From: Parcubacteria group bacterium GW2011_GWC2_48_17
Lineage (GTDB): Bacteria; Patescibacteriota; Minisyncoccia; Phycocordibacterales; UBA10002
Direction: 5' to 3'
DNA length: 64,000 nucleotides
NCBI GenBank assembly: GCA_001003605.1
Contig: LCPL01000001.1
Location: forward strand, 7,976 to 71,975
A program made the position numbers and the translations under genes. This document shows positions 19,140 to 29,050 of this stretch, piece by piece; positions within the stretch are counted from its first letter, which is position 1, and every line of letters begins with the position of its first letter. The notes beneath the pieces are model-generated. The model saw nothing but the letters and a program-made list of their open reading frames with translations. It had not been told where the DNA came from and ran no database searches.

Positions 19140-19325
19140 ATGAAAACTCTTAAATGCGACCTGTGCGAAATAACGGCGGAAGGTGAGACATTTGAAGCAT
19201 GGATGAAAGCCCTTCATCCTCATTACAATGAGGTTCATGTTGAAGTAATGAAAAACTCTAGTCATACAAAGGAAGACATGGAGAAGTGGATGGCTGAAAA
19301 TAAGGCAAGGTTTGATGCTGCCTAA
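19140..19325 (+). CDS. Small metal-binding protein (DUF1059-like)
   Basis: MKTLKCDLC...GET.E......H...H pattern. Confidence 0.6.
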   Translation: MKTLKCDLCEITAEGETFEAWMKALHPHYNEVHVEVMKNSSHTKEDMEKWMAENKARFDAA

Positions 19326-19462
19326 AACATACGCAAAAAACATTCGTAAAAAAAGCCAGCTATGTGTGCTTTTTTACAAATCCTAATTCCCAACTTTTTT
19401 CCTATTCTAGTCCAGTTCAAAGTCCTGAACCTGTCCCACAAGTTGGAGCAAAGCAATCATGA

Positions 19463-19487
19463 AAAAGCCCCCATTGTTGGGGCTTTT
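19463..19487. terminator. Bidirectional-type intrinsic terminator
   Basis: aaaagcccc...ggggctttt between convergent genes. Confidence 0.6.
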
Positions 19488-19501
19488 CTGTTGCGCAAGA
19501 G

Positions 19502-20503
19502 TTAATTGGCCAGTGTCATCGCCTGAAACTGACCTGTCCTTCTCACATTACCTGACGCGTCCCTCGACTCAATAATAAGGTAATAGGTGGTACTCGTTCC
19601 TAGGCCACTAAGGTCCAGTCTGTGGTCTTTTTCCAAAGTCAATTTTTCCGTGAAAGGCGTTGTAGAGGCGTTTGCATCTAGTGGGGTTGATGTGCCAAAC
19701 AGCAGTTTGCTTGTGGAAAATTCATTGGTATGCCAACCGACACTGATGGTGGTCGTACCGACTAGTGTACTTACGCTACTTATAATTGGGGCAAGAGCGT
19801 CCGTCAGAATGCTCTTTGTCGTAAAGGAGAATTCGGAAGAAGTGGCAGTGTTTCCCGATGCATCCACAGTGCTAATGAGCGCGTAATAAGTCGTGGAGGC
19901 AGTCAGGCCGAAGATGTCAGTATGATGATTCCGAGAAAAACCAGAACCGGACAAGACCTGTATTGACCCAGCCGTGATGTTTATAGGCGTGGTGGTGCTG
20001 TAATATAGAGTGCCTCTGGTTTTTTCATTCGTCTCCCATTTTACTTCCGCTCTGACTATCTTTGGATTGGTGGAGATGTTGCTTATGGCTGGCGCCACGG
20101 TATCAATCTGTGGAGGGGTGGTTGTAGCTCTATTATCGGGGAACTTCTTCCAGATGCCAAATGGCCAGAAGCACACTCTGTCCGCCAGTTCTTGAAGTCG
20201 TTCCTTGTTGCCAGTGCGGCTCATGCGAATTAGAAGACCAAATGACCTAAAACACTCCTTCTCCATTCGGCCATTCCTTCGAATGAGCGTCTGCTCTTTA
20301 GCTTTTTCCCTTTTCTCGTGTTCCTCCTCATTGTCCCACGCATCATCCATGAGTTTCCGCTGTTGTTCCACTGCCTCTTTCTGCTGTACACTTTTTCCGT
20401 TATTCCCCTTGTCCTGCTTTGCGTATGTAAGCGTAGGGGAAAGCGTGAAGGTCGCAACAAGCATCGAGGCGGCAACGACTCTGCTCAATCTTTTTGTTTT
20501 CAT
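19502..20503 (-). CDS. Secreted protein with two fibronectin type III-like domains
   Basis: Signal peptide; two repeats of D..AP.IS....W.TNE.....H...L.GL...TTYY....DASGN. Confidence 0.85.
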   Translation of the reverse strand: MKTKRLSRVVAASMLVATFTLSPTLTYAKQDKGNNGKSVQQKEAVEQQRKLMDDAWDNEEEHEKREKAKEQTLIRRNGRMEKECFRSFGLLIRMSRTGNKERLQELADRVCFWPFGIWKKFPDNRATTTPPQIDTVAPAISNISTNPKIVRAEVKWETNEKTRGTLYYSTTTPINITAGSIQVLSGSGFSRNHHTDIFGLTASTTYYALISTVDASGNTATSSEFSFTTKSILTDALAPIISSVSTLVGTTTISVGWHTNEFSTSKLLFGTSTPLDANASTTPFTEKLTLEKDHRLDLSGLGTSTTYYLIIESRDASGNVRRTGQFQAMTLAN

Positions 20504-20586
20504 AAAAGTATGTTTGGTGATAATTAGTAATGCTTACACCAATCGGGAAGCGATGCTCTCCTTCGCATGGGTCCCATGCTTCAAAA

Positions 20587-20613
20587 AGACGCTTCGGTAC
20601 AGCATCTCTTACA
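20587..20613 (-). promoter_or_regulatory. Putative ECF sigma promoter of the FN3 gene
   Basis: TGTAAG-N16-CGTCT on the minus strand; the same motif occurs at 20691-20717. Confidence 0.7.
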
Positions 20614-20690
20614 CCACGAATCAATCAGACAATAAGATTTCATTTCTGCAATGGACGCTGCAGGTAAGAGAAGACGAGTTTGTGATACCC

Positions 20691-20717
20691 TGTAAGAATT
20701 GAGGCACGCACTCGTCT
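20691..20717 (+). promoter_or_regulatory. Putative autoregulatory ECF sigma promoter (near-leaderless)
   Basis: TGTAAG-N16-CGTCT ending 4 nt before the sigma ATG. Confidence 0.7.
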
Positions 20718-20721
20718 CTCT

Positions 20722-21243
20722 ATGAAGGAACGAAACGAACACGCACAATTCGAGAGAATTTATCAGGATACTGCCGACATGCTGTTTCGGTTTTGTTTTG
20801 TAAAGGTCTCTGACAGGGAGGTCGCGTTGGACCTCACGCAAGAGGCCTTTACGCGATTGTATGAGACGATGCAGATTGGCAAAGTGATAGACCACCCTAG
20901 AGCCTGGCTTTTTAAAATCTCTAGGAATCTAGTTATTGACTGGTATAGGAAGAAAAAGCCGATTTCCCTTGAGCAGATGATGGAGCAAGGCGGAGAAGCG
21001 ATTGAGCCAGCAGATAAAGATGGTCGAGAGCATATAGAACTTTCCTCCGAAGCAAAGTTGGTCATCAAAGCATTTGAAAAGCTTGGCGAGGAGTTTCGGG
21101 AGGTTTTGTACTTACGATACGTGGAAGATTTGGAACCGAAAGAGATAGCTCGTATGCTAGGCCTTACGGCGAATCTCGTTTCGGTAAGAATCAGCAGAGG
21201 TATGGAGGAACTTCGAAAGATAATGAGAAGCAGCGATAACTAA
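20722..21243 (+). CDS. ECF-family RNA polymerase sigma factor
   Basis: Region 2 DLTQEAF...RAWLFKISRNLVIDWYRK; region 4 EIARMLG....VSVRISRG. Confidence 0.92.
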   Translation: MKERNEHAQFERIYQDTADMLFRFCFVKVSDREVALDLTQEAFTRLYETMQIGKVIDHPRAWLFKISRNLVIDWYRKKKPISLEQMMEQGGEAIEPADKDGREHIELSSEAKLVIKAFEKLGEEFREVLYLRYVEDLEPKEIARMLGLTANLVSVRISRGMEELRKIMRSSDN

Positions 21244-21258
21244 TAAAAATCTGTCACC

Positions 21259-22314
21259 ATGGACAATGATATCTTTAAAAAAGCTCTCGACGAAATAAAA
21301 GGCATCCGTCTCTCAAGAGACGAGAAATCTTTTATCTTGGAAAGAGTTCTCCACGAAGGAATAAAGAGCCCATACTGGAGCCCATATTCAATCATTATGC
21401 GGGTGCGGGAGAACAAACTGTACGCTCTCTCCTTTGCAATTATTCTCCTTGTGTCGGGAGGAGGATCGGTGGTCTTGGCGGCCGAGCGTTCCGTTCCCGG
21501 TGATATTCTGTACCCGATAAAGGTGAAGATTACCGAGCCCGCTCTCGACAAGCTCTATGTTACCGCCGAAGAAAATGCTAGGTGGCAGGGCGAAAAGACT
21601 GCACGGCGACTTCGAGAGGCCGAGACGTTGGCCATTCAAGGCAAACTCGATGAGGAAAAATCTAGGGTAATCGAAGAAAAGATAAAGGAACATACCGAGG
21701 AATTTCGCGCGGTGATACAGGACATTTCAACCACGACCGAATCCGAGACGAGAGAGAGCGTTGAGGTGGAATATGAGTCGAAGGTCAAAGCTCACTCGAT
21801 GATTTTAAGCAAGATCAAGGAGAATAATGAAGAAGAAGCAAAACCGACCATTCAACATGTTGAGAACACCTTGAGCACCGAACTTCAAAGGAATGAGACG
21901 AGGAAAGAAGAGCGAGTGCGGGAGAAGAAAGAAAAGGAAAGGGAGGAGACGCCCGAGGAAGTGACGAAAGTGGACCTGGACCAAAGACTTCTGGATGCCG
22001 AAAAGTCGATTGAGGCCACCGTCGAGAATATTAAAAAAGGAGAAATGAATCTTCGCGACTTCCATGAGGACTTGAGCAAGATGATACTCGAGGAGTCTGA
22101 CAAAATTATGCAGGAAACTCGGAGTAGGATTCGTGAGGCGCGAGAAACCAGAGACAAGGGAAATGCCGACGAGGCAAAAACCATCTCCGATATTGAAGAC
22201 TCAAATCAAAAAGTATTTGAAACGAACACGATGCTCCATGAGATGAAAAAGATAGACAGACCTGCAAGGAAAGAAAAAGCCTCAAAGGAAAAAAGAGAAG
22301 AGAGGAGGCCGTGA
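21259..22314 (+). CDS. DUF5667 single-pass membrane protein, probable anti-sigma factor
   Basis: TM followed by AERSVPGDILYPIKV..TE and RRLREA motifs; directly downstream of the ECF sigma gene. Confidence 0.75.
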   Translation: MDNDIFKKALDEIKGIRLSRDEKSFILERVLHEGIKSPYWSPYSIIMRVRENKLYALSFAIILLVSGGGSVVLAAERSVPGDILYPIKVKITEPALDKLYVTAEENARWQGEKTARRLREAETLAIQGKLDEEKSRVIEEKIKEHTEEFRAVIQDISTTTESETRESVEVEYESKVKAHSMILSKIKENNEEEAKPTIQHVENTLSTELQRNETRKEERVREKKEKEREETPEEVTKVDLDQRLLDAEKSIEATVENIKKGEMNLRDFHEDLSKMILEESDKIMQETRSRIREARETRDKGNADEAKTISDIEDSNQKVFETNTMLHEMKKIDRPARKEKASKEKREERRP

Positions 22315-22367
22315 GAAAGAACCGTCAGAACCGCCCCGTAGCGGGGCAAGATCCCCATCAGCCCATT

Positions 22368-22405
22368 ATTTAGCATTTGCTCACGGCCGTGAGCAAATGC
22401 TAAAT
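22368..22405. repeat. Perfect 38-bp palindrome (TTTAGCA-N6-CACGGCCGTG-N6-TGCTAAA family)
   Basis: atttagcatttgctcacgg|ccgtgagcaaatgctaaat. Confidence 0.9.
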
Positions 22406-22407
22406 CT

Positions 22408-22767
22408 TCACTGGGAAACATACTCCCATTTGCCGTCAAGATAATTAGCAACACACTCGCCACTATAGGGCACACCTTCGGCATCATATCTAATCTTGTG
22501 AATAGAGGCAGAGAATTGCGCGCCGGGAGGGAGTGCCTTATTTCTGTAATCATAAGTGGCTTTTTGGTAGTTGTATTCCAGTTTTTCTCCGTTTTCCAAA
22601 AGAACTTCGATTTCATACAGAGAAACTTCCGTCTCGTTGCTCACTATCCGCAACTCCCGATAGTTCTGACCTTGCAGAATAGTCTCAAAGACACGCGTTA
22701 TCTCCTCCTTCGAGGGAAATTGTTCGGAGGTTTCGCAGGGTCTCAAAAATTTATCTTCTAGACTCAT
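22408..22767 (-). CDS. Hypothetical protein
   Basis: 119-aa ORF with normal composition filling the gap; ends at the palindrome. Confidence 0.65.
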   Translation of the reverse strand: MSLEDKFLRPCETSEQFPSKEEITRVFETILQGQNYRELRIVSNETEVSLYEIEVLLENGEKLEYNYQKATYDYRNKALPPGAQFSASIHKIRYDAEGVPYSGECVANYLDGKWEYVSQ

Positions 22768-22839
22768 ACGGACAATTATACCAGAAGATTCTCTTCAACC
22801 ATTTCGAGAGGATCGAATGGTGATGCTATACTGAAGCGA

Positions 22840-23922
22840 ATGCTGAAACGGGCCAAATCATTTATCGAGCGAAATGAGCGTCGGCTCTCTATACTCGCGT
22901 TTTCACTCGGCTTTCTTTGGGACAGCCTCACCTTAACTTCCGTTGACGGCCTGTTCGACAACATCGTTCTACTGTCCTATATTGTCGTCGCCTTCGCGAG
23001 CATAATGCTCTTAAACGCGCCCGGCGCGCGAAATTTCCAAAGCTCGCTCGCGAGGCGCGGAGTAAATCTCGCGGAGTTCCTTCTGCCGTTCTCGTTTGGA
23101 GGGCTCTTCAGCGGGTTCCTAATTTTTTATTCAAGGAGCGGCCCCTTACTTTCAAGCGCGCCGTTTTTGCTTTTTATTCTGCTTCTATTCTTGGGTAATG
23201 AATTCTTTAGACGGCATTATGAGCGGTTCATTTTTCAGATGAGCGTATTTTTTGTGGCACTCTTCTCGTATGTAGCTCTCATCATACCCGTTCTCCTAGG
23301 ACGCATGGGGGATATGATATTTCTCCTCAGCGGGGTGGTAACGCTGTTTCTCTTTTGGTGCGCTCTTAAGATTCTCTCGCTCATCTCGCGCGAGGAAATA
23401 CGCAAAAGTAAGTTCTCACTTTTGGCGATTGTGATAAGTATCTTCGTTACATTCAACTTTCTGTATTGGAGCAACATGATTCCGCCCATTCCGCTTTCCC
23501 TAAAGGAAATTGGAATCTATCATAACGTGGAGCGGACGCGAAGCGGCGAGTACCGCTTAACTTTCGAAAAAGCGCCATGGTATGCGTTTGGACAAAAAAC
23601 AAGCGCGGTCTTTCATAGACAAGGTAGCATGCCGATATACGCCTTTAGCTCGGTGTTCGCGCCAACGCGGCTTCTCACGGAGGTCGCGCATCGTTGGGCC
23701 TATTTCGATGATCAAAAAGACAGATGGATTGACTCGACCGTGGTCGGCTTTCCAATCTCCGGAGGGCGCGAGAACGGTTTTCGAGGATACTCGAAGAAGG
23801 AGACAATTTCCCCCGGGAAGTGGCGCGTAGATGTTGAAACGCTCCGCGGACAGACCATCGGTCGGTTTGTCTTTGAGGTTATAGGGGTATCTCCTCCGCC
23901 GCTTAAGGAAGAAACTCGATAA
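22840..23922 (+). CDS. DUF2914-domain multi-pass membrane protein
   Basis: Multiple TMs; C-terminal AFSSVFAP...H.W...GGRENGFRGYS....PGKWRVDVET. Confidence 0.8.
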   Translation: MLKRAKSFIERNERRLSILAFSLGFLWDSLTLTSVDGLFDNIVLLSYIVVAFASIMLLNAPGARNFQSSLARRGVNLAEFLLPFSFGGLFSGFLIFYSRSGPLLSSAPFLLFILLLFLGNEFFRRHYERFIFQMSVFFVALFSYVALIIPVLLGRMGDMIFLLSGVVTLFLFWCALKILSLISREEIRKSKFSLLAIVISIFVTFNFLYWSNMIPPIPLSLKEIGIYHNVERTRSGEYRLTFEKAPWYAFGQKTSAVFHRQGSMPIYAFSSVFAPTRLLTEVAHRWAYFDDQKDRWIDSTVVGFPISGGRENGFRGYSKKETISPGKWRVDVETLRGQTIGRFVFEVIGVSPPPLKEETR

Positions 23923-24011
23923 CCCGTGACTCTTGCGTTCCTTATATTTTTTAGGTATACTTTTTACCGGTTCGTCAAATCGTCAATCCAGCCAAACCCA
24001 CAAGAAAAAAA

Positions 24012-24197
24012 ATGATAAGCAATAACGGCGTTTGTCCCAACTGCCAAAGAAGGCCCCTCAACGGCCTCAAGTGCGTGTACTGCAAGTATCAATCGAACGC
24101 TTCGCCTGTAATGAGCGTCATAGCCCATCGGTTTCAACAAGAACTGCAGGAACATAGGCGTCGGGCGGCGCGCGCCAAAATGCTTCCCTGGAACTAA
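24012..24197 (+). CDS. Small zinc-ribbon protein
   Basis: CPNC...CVYC, with its own TTGCGT/TATACT promoter-like motif upstream and a hairpin downstream. Confidence 0.5.
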   Translation: MISNNGVCPNCQRRPLNGLKCVYCKYQSNASPVMSVIAHRFQQELQEHRRRAARAKMLPWN

Positions 24198-24299
24198 TCA
24201 GGAGAATCCTCATTGTACTTTGTAAGGCGTCGCGAGTGATGCGACGCCTTCTATTTTAGTGTATACTCTTATTTATTATAAAGCTTTAGGTGTCATCTT

Positions 24300-24377
24300 A
24301 TGAATAAGAAAGAAAAACAAGCCCGCAAAAAACAGCGTAAAAAACACGGCAAGAAGATATCGGTGCGTCATCGCTAA
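24300..24377 (+). CDS. 25-aa highly basic peptide
   Basis: Manual translation MNKKEKQARKKQRKKHGKKISVRHR*; TATACT upstream. Confidence 0.4.
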   Translation: MNKKEKQARKKQRKKHGKKISVRHR

Positions 24378-24497
24378 ATCAGCTTGTTAGCTTTTTAGCA
24401 GGTTAGCTTGTTAGTTCTTTTATTCAGTTTGCTGTCGCATTACCTGTCGCTTTTTCCTTCTACTTTTTCTACTAACTACCTTCTACTTACTGTTTTC

Positions 24498-25157
24498 ATG
24501 ATTATTACCCATTTTGGCGGAGAATTTATCAAAGTGCAATTTGGCGACGTGGTGTTCGCGTTCAATCCGCCTTCCCGCGACTCGAAACTAAAAACCGCGC
24601 GTTTTGGAGCCGATATCGCACTCATAAGCGCGAACCACCCGGATTTTAACGGGGTAGACATCGTGACTCACGGCGACCATAGACCGTTTGTCATTTCCGG
24701 TCCCGGAGAGTATGAAATAAGAGGCATCGTTGTTCGAGGTTTTGCCACCGAGTCCGATTACGGAACGGATGGGAAGAGTAAGCGCATAAACACCGTCTAC
24801 ACGGTAGCGCTTGAGGGAATGAAGCTCTGTTTCCTCGGAGCGCTTTCCTCCGGCGAACTTCCCGACGTCTTGAAGGAAGAGCTGGATGAGATAGATATTT
24901 TGTTCATCCCAATCGGCTCTATCGGCGTTCTATCTCCTTCTTCGGCAAACAAGCTCGCGGTTGCCCTCGAGCCGCGTCTTGTCATTCCAATCCATTTTGC
25001 TGGCATTGGGGATAAGAACGCACTCAAACAGTTTTTAAAAGAATCCGGTGAGGAGAATTCGTCATCTTCCGGACGAGCGTTGGACAAGCTGACGCTCAAG
25101 AAGAAGGACCTTGAAGGGAAAGAAGGCGAAGTCGTAGTACTAGCTGCTAGCTTCTAG
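24498..25157 (+). CDS. Metallo-beta-lactamase-fold hydrolase (Lactamase_B_3-like, degenerate metal motifs)
   Basis: ADIALIS..HPD, GPGEYEI.G, DILFIPIG and P..VIPIH motifs. Start ATG 24498. Confidence 0.8.
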   Translation: MIITHFGGEFIKVQFGDVVFAFNPPSRDSKLKTARFGADIALISANHPDFNGVDIVTHGDHRPFVISGPGEYEIRGIVVRGFATESDYGTDGKSKRINTVYTVALEGMKLCFLGALSSGELPDVLKEELDEIDILFIPIGSIGVLSPSSANKLAVALEPRLVIPIHFAGIGDKNALKQFLKESGEENSSSSGRALDKLTLKKKDLEGKEGEVVVLAASF

Positions 25158-25229
25158 CTGTCAGGTTCTAGTATGGCGGATGAGGTCCTTCCTAGAAGCT
25201 AAAACCTAAAACCTAAAACCTAGAACCTA
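25141..25229. repeat. Inverted heptamer-periodic repeat array (TAGNNNC / CTANAAC)
   Basis: tagctgc-tagcttc-tagctgt-caggttc-tag ... ctagaag-ctaaaac-ctaaaac-ctaaaac-ctagaac-cta. Confidence 0.85.
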
Positions 25230-25549
25230 TGCTGTTTCTTATCTCCAAATTACAGCGGAAGCCGGAACGCGTTCGCAAAAAAATCGCGTTCGTCGCATCT
25301 GCGATTATAACAGGCATCATAGTAATTATCTGGCTCACTTCTTTAAGTGTCGCTACTCCCGAAACCTCTTCCAAATCCGCTTTGAGCGGAGATGACGTCG
25401 GTCCATTTCAGGCACTTACCGAAAACTTAAGCGTGTTCTTTTTAGACGCGTCCGAAACAATCCAAACGGCGGTAAGCGCCTTTTCCGGGGCCTCAGACAA
25501 AGCTGCGCCGCCTCAAGAAAAAGAGGTTGCCCCGCCTGTCACGCAGTAA
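25229..25549 (+). CDS. Hypothetical single-pass membrane protein
   Basis: Basic N-terminus plus one TM helix. Confidence 0.7.
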   Translation: MLFLISKLQRKPERVRKKIAFVASAIITGIIVIIWLTSLSVATPETSSKSALSGDDVGPFQALTENLSVFFLDASETIQTAVSAFSGASDKAAPPQEKEVAPPVTQ

Positions 25550-25555
25550 CAAATC

Positions 25556-25598
25556 CCGAGCATCTGATTCTCGTAATTTACGAGAATCAGATGCTCGG
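25556..25598. repeat. Palindrome with 21-bp arms upstream of gyrA
   Basis: ccgagcatctgattctcgtaa-t-ttacgagaatcagatgctcgg. Confidence 0.8.
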
Positions 25599-25676
25599 AG
25601 GAGGTGGCGCAAGCTCAAAATATATAGTAATATAATTCAATAATATGACGGGAGATTAAAGCCTGTTTCTAACGGG

Positions 25677-28127
25677 ATGCCAAACACTGAACCAAAAACA
25701 CCTCGATTGACTGGAATTATAGCCAGGAGCATTACGACCGAGATGAAAGAATCGTACCTTGACTACGCGATGTCGGTTATTACTGCGCGCGCCCTTCCTG
25801 ACGCAAGGGACGGACTGAAACCGGTGCATCGCCGCATACTTTTCTCCATGCATGAAATGGGTCTTACCGCTTCCGCGAAGACCAGAAAATCCGCCACCGT
25901 GGTCGGTGACGTACTGGGGAAGTATCACCCACACGGCGATATCTCGGTATATGACGCGATGGTGAAAATGGCGCAGACATTTTCATTTCGCTATCCCCTC
26001 GTCATCGGCCAAGGCAATATGGGGAGCCTCGACGGCGACCCGCCGGCCGCGTACCGCTATACCGAAGCAAAAATGTCTCGGCTTTCCAGTGAAATGCTTC
26101 GTGACATTGAGAAAGACACGGTTGACCTTCGTCCAAATTTTGACGGCACACGCAAAGAACCGGTTGTCCTTCCAGCAGCAGTCCCGAATCTTTTGCTCAA
26201 CGGAACACTCGGCATCGCCGTCGGTATGGCGACCAACATACCACCGCACAACCTTCGCGAGGTTTTGTCGGCGACAATATACCTTATAGAAAATGAAGAC
26301 GCCACGACCGAAGACCTCCTAAAATTCGTGCATGGTCCGGATTTTCCGACTGGAGGCGTTGTGTTCGGTTCGAAAGATTTGCAGCACGCATACTCGACCG
26401 GAAAAGGAGGCGTCATGGTTCGAGGTGTCGCCGAGATAATAGAACAAAAAAGCGGCCAATTTCAAATCATCATCACTTCTATTCCATACCGTGTGAACAA
26501 GGCGGAGATGATTGTCAAAATTGCAGATCTCGTCCGAGAAAAAAAGATAGATGGCATAAAAGGCCTTCGCGACGAATCCACAAAAGACGTGCGGATAGTG
26601 ATAGACCTAAAGCAAGGAAGTTTTCCAGAGAAGGTTCTAAACTTCCTCTACAAACATACCCAGCTAGAGGAAACCTTCCATTTTAATACCGTAGCGCTCA
26701 TAAGAGGCGTTCCGCAAACGCTTTCCCTCAAGGCCTTGCTTTCCGAATTCATATTTCACAGAAAGGAGGTGGTGAAGAGAAGGAGTCTTTACGACCTTGC
26801 GCGCGCTAGGGAGCGGGAGCATATCCTTCTCGGACTTAAAAAAGCTCTTGACCATATTGATGAAATCATTAAGCTCATCAAGAAGTCAAAAGACGTTGAC
26901 GAAGCGCGCTCTTCTCTTATGAGAGCTTTCAGATTTTCCGAGCTTCAAGCGCAGGCCATTCTTGATATGCGCCTTCAGAAGCTTTCCGGACTCGAGAGAA
27001 AGAAGATTGATGACGAACTTCATGTCGTGAAGGATCTTATCGAGGAGCTAGAGTCAATTTTGGGTAGTCCGAAGAAGATTCTTTCGGTCATCAAAAAGGA
27101 GCTCGAGGAAATAAGCGAGAAATATGGAGATGAACGCAGAACGCGCGTCGTGAAGCATGGAGTCAAGGAGTTTTCCGAAGAAGACCTCATTCCGGATGAG
27201 GACGCGGTGCTCCTCCTCACCAAGGGGGGATACATCAAACGCACCGACCCTGAGGAATACCGCAAACAGCGCCGCGGAGGCGTGGGCGTCGTAGACCTCG
27301 ACACCAAAGATGAAGATTTCGTAACGCACGTAATCACGGGGACTACGCACAATGACATCCTTTTATTTACCGATAAGGGCAAGGCATTTCAGATAAAGAT
27401 GTATGAAATTCCGGAAGGGAGACGCGCTACCAAGGGAAAGTCCGTCATGAATTTTCTCCCGCTCGCCGCGGACGAAAAAGTAACCTCCATCCTTCCCATG
27501 CCGAAAGAAGTGAAATCTACCAAACTTTCTCTATTTATGATGACCAAGAACGGTGTTGGCAAGAAAACGGCAGCGGCGAGTTTCCATGATGTGCGTCGTA
27601 GCGGCCTCGTTGCCATTAAATTAAAGTTTGGTGACGAGCTTGTGTCCGCGTCATTCGTCGAAAAAGGCGATGAAGCTATACTCGTTACAGGAAAAGGCCA
27701 ATCTATAAGGTTTAAGGAAAGCGATATCCGCGAAATGGGTCGTGGTGCTTCTGGAGTAAGAGCAATGCGCCTTAGAAAAGGGGATTCAATTGTTGGTACA
27801 GGTATTATTTCCAGGAAAATGGAGCATCCAGAACTTCTGGTCATTATGAAGAACGGTTACGGCAAGAAAACCAAGCTCAAGGAATACAAAACGCAAAAAC
27901 GAGGCGGGTCAGGCGTTAAAACCGCCAAGATTACCTCAAAAACAGGCGAACTTATCGCGGCGCACATCGTAACGTCTCCTGAAGAGGAAGTCGTGGCCAT
28001 CTCAAGGAAAAGCCAGGTTATTCGAACTGGCGTGAGTGAGATTGCGAGTTTGGGAAGACAGACGCAGGGAGTACGGATTATGAAACTCCGGGAGGGGGAC
28101 AGTATTGCGTCATTGACGTGTCTTTGA
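25677..28127 (+). CDS. gyrA: DNA gyrase subunit A
   Basis: [29 protein letters not shown] active-site Tyr, QRRGGVG GyrA box and beta-pinwheel CTD. Confidence 0.98.
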   Translation: MPNTEPKTPRLTGIIARSITTEMKESYLDYAMSVITARALPDARDGLKPVHRRILFSMHEMGLTASAKTRKSATVVGDVLGKYHPHGDISVYDAMVKMAQTFSFRYPLVIGQGNMGSLDGDPPAAYRYTEAKMSRLSSEMLRDIEKDTVDLRPNFDGTRKEPVVLPAAVPNLLLNGTLGIAVGMATNIPPHNLREVLSATIYLIENEDATTEDLLKFVHGPDFPTGGVVFGSKDLQHAYSTGKGGVMVRGVAEIIEQKSGQFQIIITSIPYRVNKAEMIVKIADLVREKKIDGIKGLRDESTKDVRIVIDLKQGSFPEKVLNFLYKHTQLEETFHFNTVALIRGVPQTLSLKALLSEFIFHRKEVVKRRSLYDLARAREREHILLGLKKALDHIDEIIKLIKKSKDVDEARSSLMRAFRFSELQAQAILDMRLQKLSGLERKKIDDELHVVKDLIEELESILGSPKKILSVIKKELEEISEKYGDERRTRVVKHGVKEFSEEDLIPDEDAVLLLTKGGYIKRTDPEEYRKQRRGGVGVVDLDTKDEDFVTHVITGTTHNDILLFTDKGKAFQIKMYEIPEGRRATKGKSVMNFLPLAADEKVTSILPMPKEVKSTKLSLFMMTKNGVGKKTAAASFHDVRRSGLVAIKLKFGDELVSASFVEKGDEAILVTGKGQSIRFKESDIREMGRGASGVRAMRLRKGDSIVGTGIISRKMEHPELLVIMKNGYGKKTKLKEYKTQKRGGSGVKTAKITSKTGELIAAHIVTSPEEEVVAISRKSQVIRTGVSEIASLGRQTQGVRIMKLREGDSIASLTCL

Positions 28128-28159
28128 AATTAAGGAGCAAAGCGACTATAATTTCTTAG

Positions 28160-28446
28160 ACCCCGTTAAACCTCCTGCAAATTGATGATACAATTCTACT
28201 ACACGTACGTTTTATACTCAGAGTTCGATAAGAAACTATACGTTGGTTGTACACAGAATTTGCAGGAGAGATTTAAGGCGCACTCGAAAGGTGAGGTGCC
28301 TGCTACCAGGAACCGTCGACCGCTAAAGTTACAATATTACGAAGCATGTCATGATTTGAGAGACGCTCGTCATCGTGAACAGTATCTCAAAACAACTCAC
28401 GGCCGCCGGTTTATCAGGCAGCGCCTTAAATCATATTTAACGGGGT
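28160..28446. mobile_element. GIY-YIG gene bracketed by 11-bp inverted repeats
   Basis: accccgttaaa at 28160-28170 and tttaacggggt at 28436-28446. Confidence 0.6.
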
Positions 28447-28448
28447 GA
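28182..28448 (+). CDS. Stand-alone GIY-YIG nuclease
   Basis: YTYVL....LYVGCT.NL.ER...H, RRPLKL.YYE and A..RE.YLKT..GR motifs. Confidence 0.9.
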   Translation: MMIQFYYTYVLYSEFDKKLYVGCTQNLQERFKAHSKGEVPATRNRRPLKLQYYEACHDLRDARHREQYLKTTHGRRFIRQRLKSYLTG

Positions 28449-28502
28449 CGATTTTGTAACATCTCACTTTCGCAGAATCAAGTTCACTTAACAAAATCAG
28501 TC

Positions 28503-29027
28503 ATGTTCTCCGACCCCTCACAATGCATTGAACAATTTGACCTCCAAAGCGGCTCGCGCGTGGCCGACCTTGGCGCGGGCACCGGCGCGTTCGCGATTGC
28601 CGCTGCAAAAGCGGTGGGCGAGGCCGGCAAGATTTACGCCGTAGAAGTACAGAAGGGCCTTTTGGAGCGGCTCAAAAGCGAGGCCCGCGCGGCGCGCGCG
28701 CATAATGTGGAGGCGCTGTGGGGAGACATTGAACGCGTGCAGGGTACACACCTCAAAGACGCCTCCATTGACGCCGCCGTTGCGTCAAATGTGCTGTTTC
28801 AGGTTGAAGATAAAAACGGTTTTGTAACGGAAACGAAACGTATATTAAAACCAGGCGGCAAAGCGCTTCTCATAGACTGGACGGATTCTTGGAATGGTAT
28901 GGGTCCGCACAAGACCCAGGTAGTCACCGAAAACGCCGCTCGCGAGCTTTTTGAAAAGGCCGGCTTTCAGTTCGTAAAGAAAATCGACGCCGGAGAGCAC
29001 CACTATGGGTTAGTATTTAGAAAGTAG
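28503..29027 (+). CDS. Class I SAM-dependent methyltransferase
   Basis: VADLGAGTG, RILKPGG and IDW motifs. Confidence 0.9.
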   Translation: MFSDPSQCIEQFDLQSGSRVADLGAGTGAFAIAAAKAVGEAGKIYAVEVQKGLLERLKSEARAARAHNVEALWGDIERVQGTHLKDASIDAAVASNVLFQVEDKNGFVTETKRILKPGGKALLIDWTDSWNGMGPHKTQVVTENAARELFEKAGFQFVKKIDAGEHHYGLVFRK

Positions 29028-29050
29028 AGGGTAGGTGGTAGAAAAAGACA

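Noticed and set aside
24644-24656. tttaacggggt match inside the MBL-fold gene
   Set aside because: Lies within coding sequence with no partner arm; probably chance.
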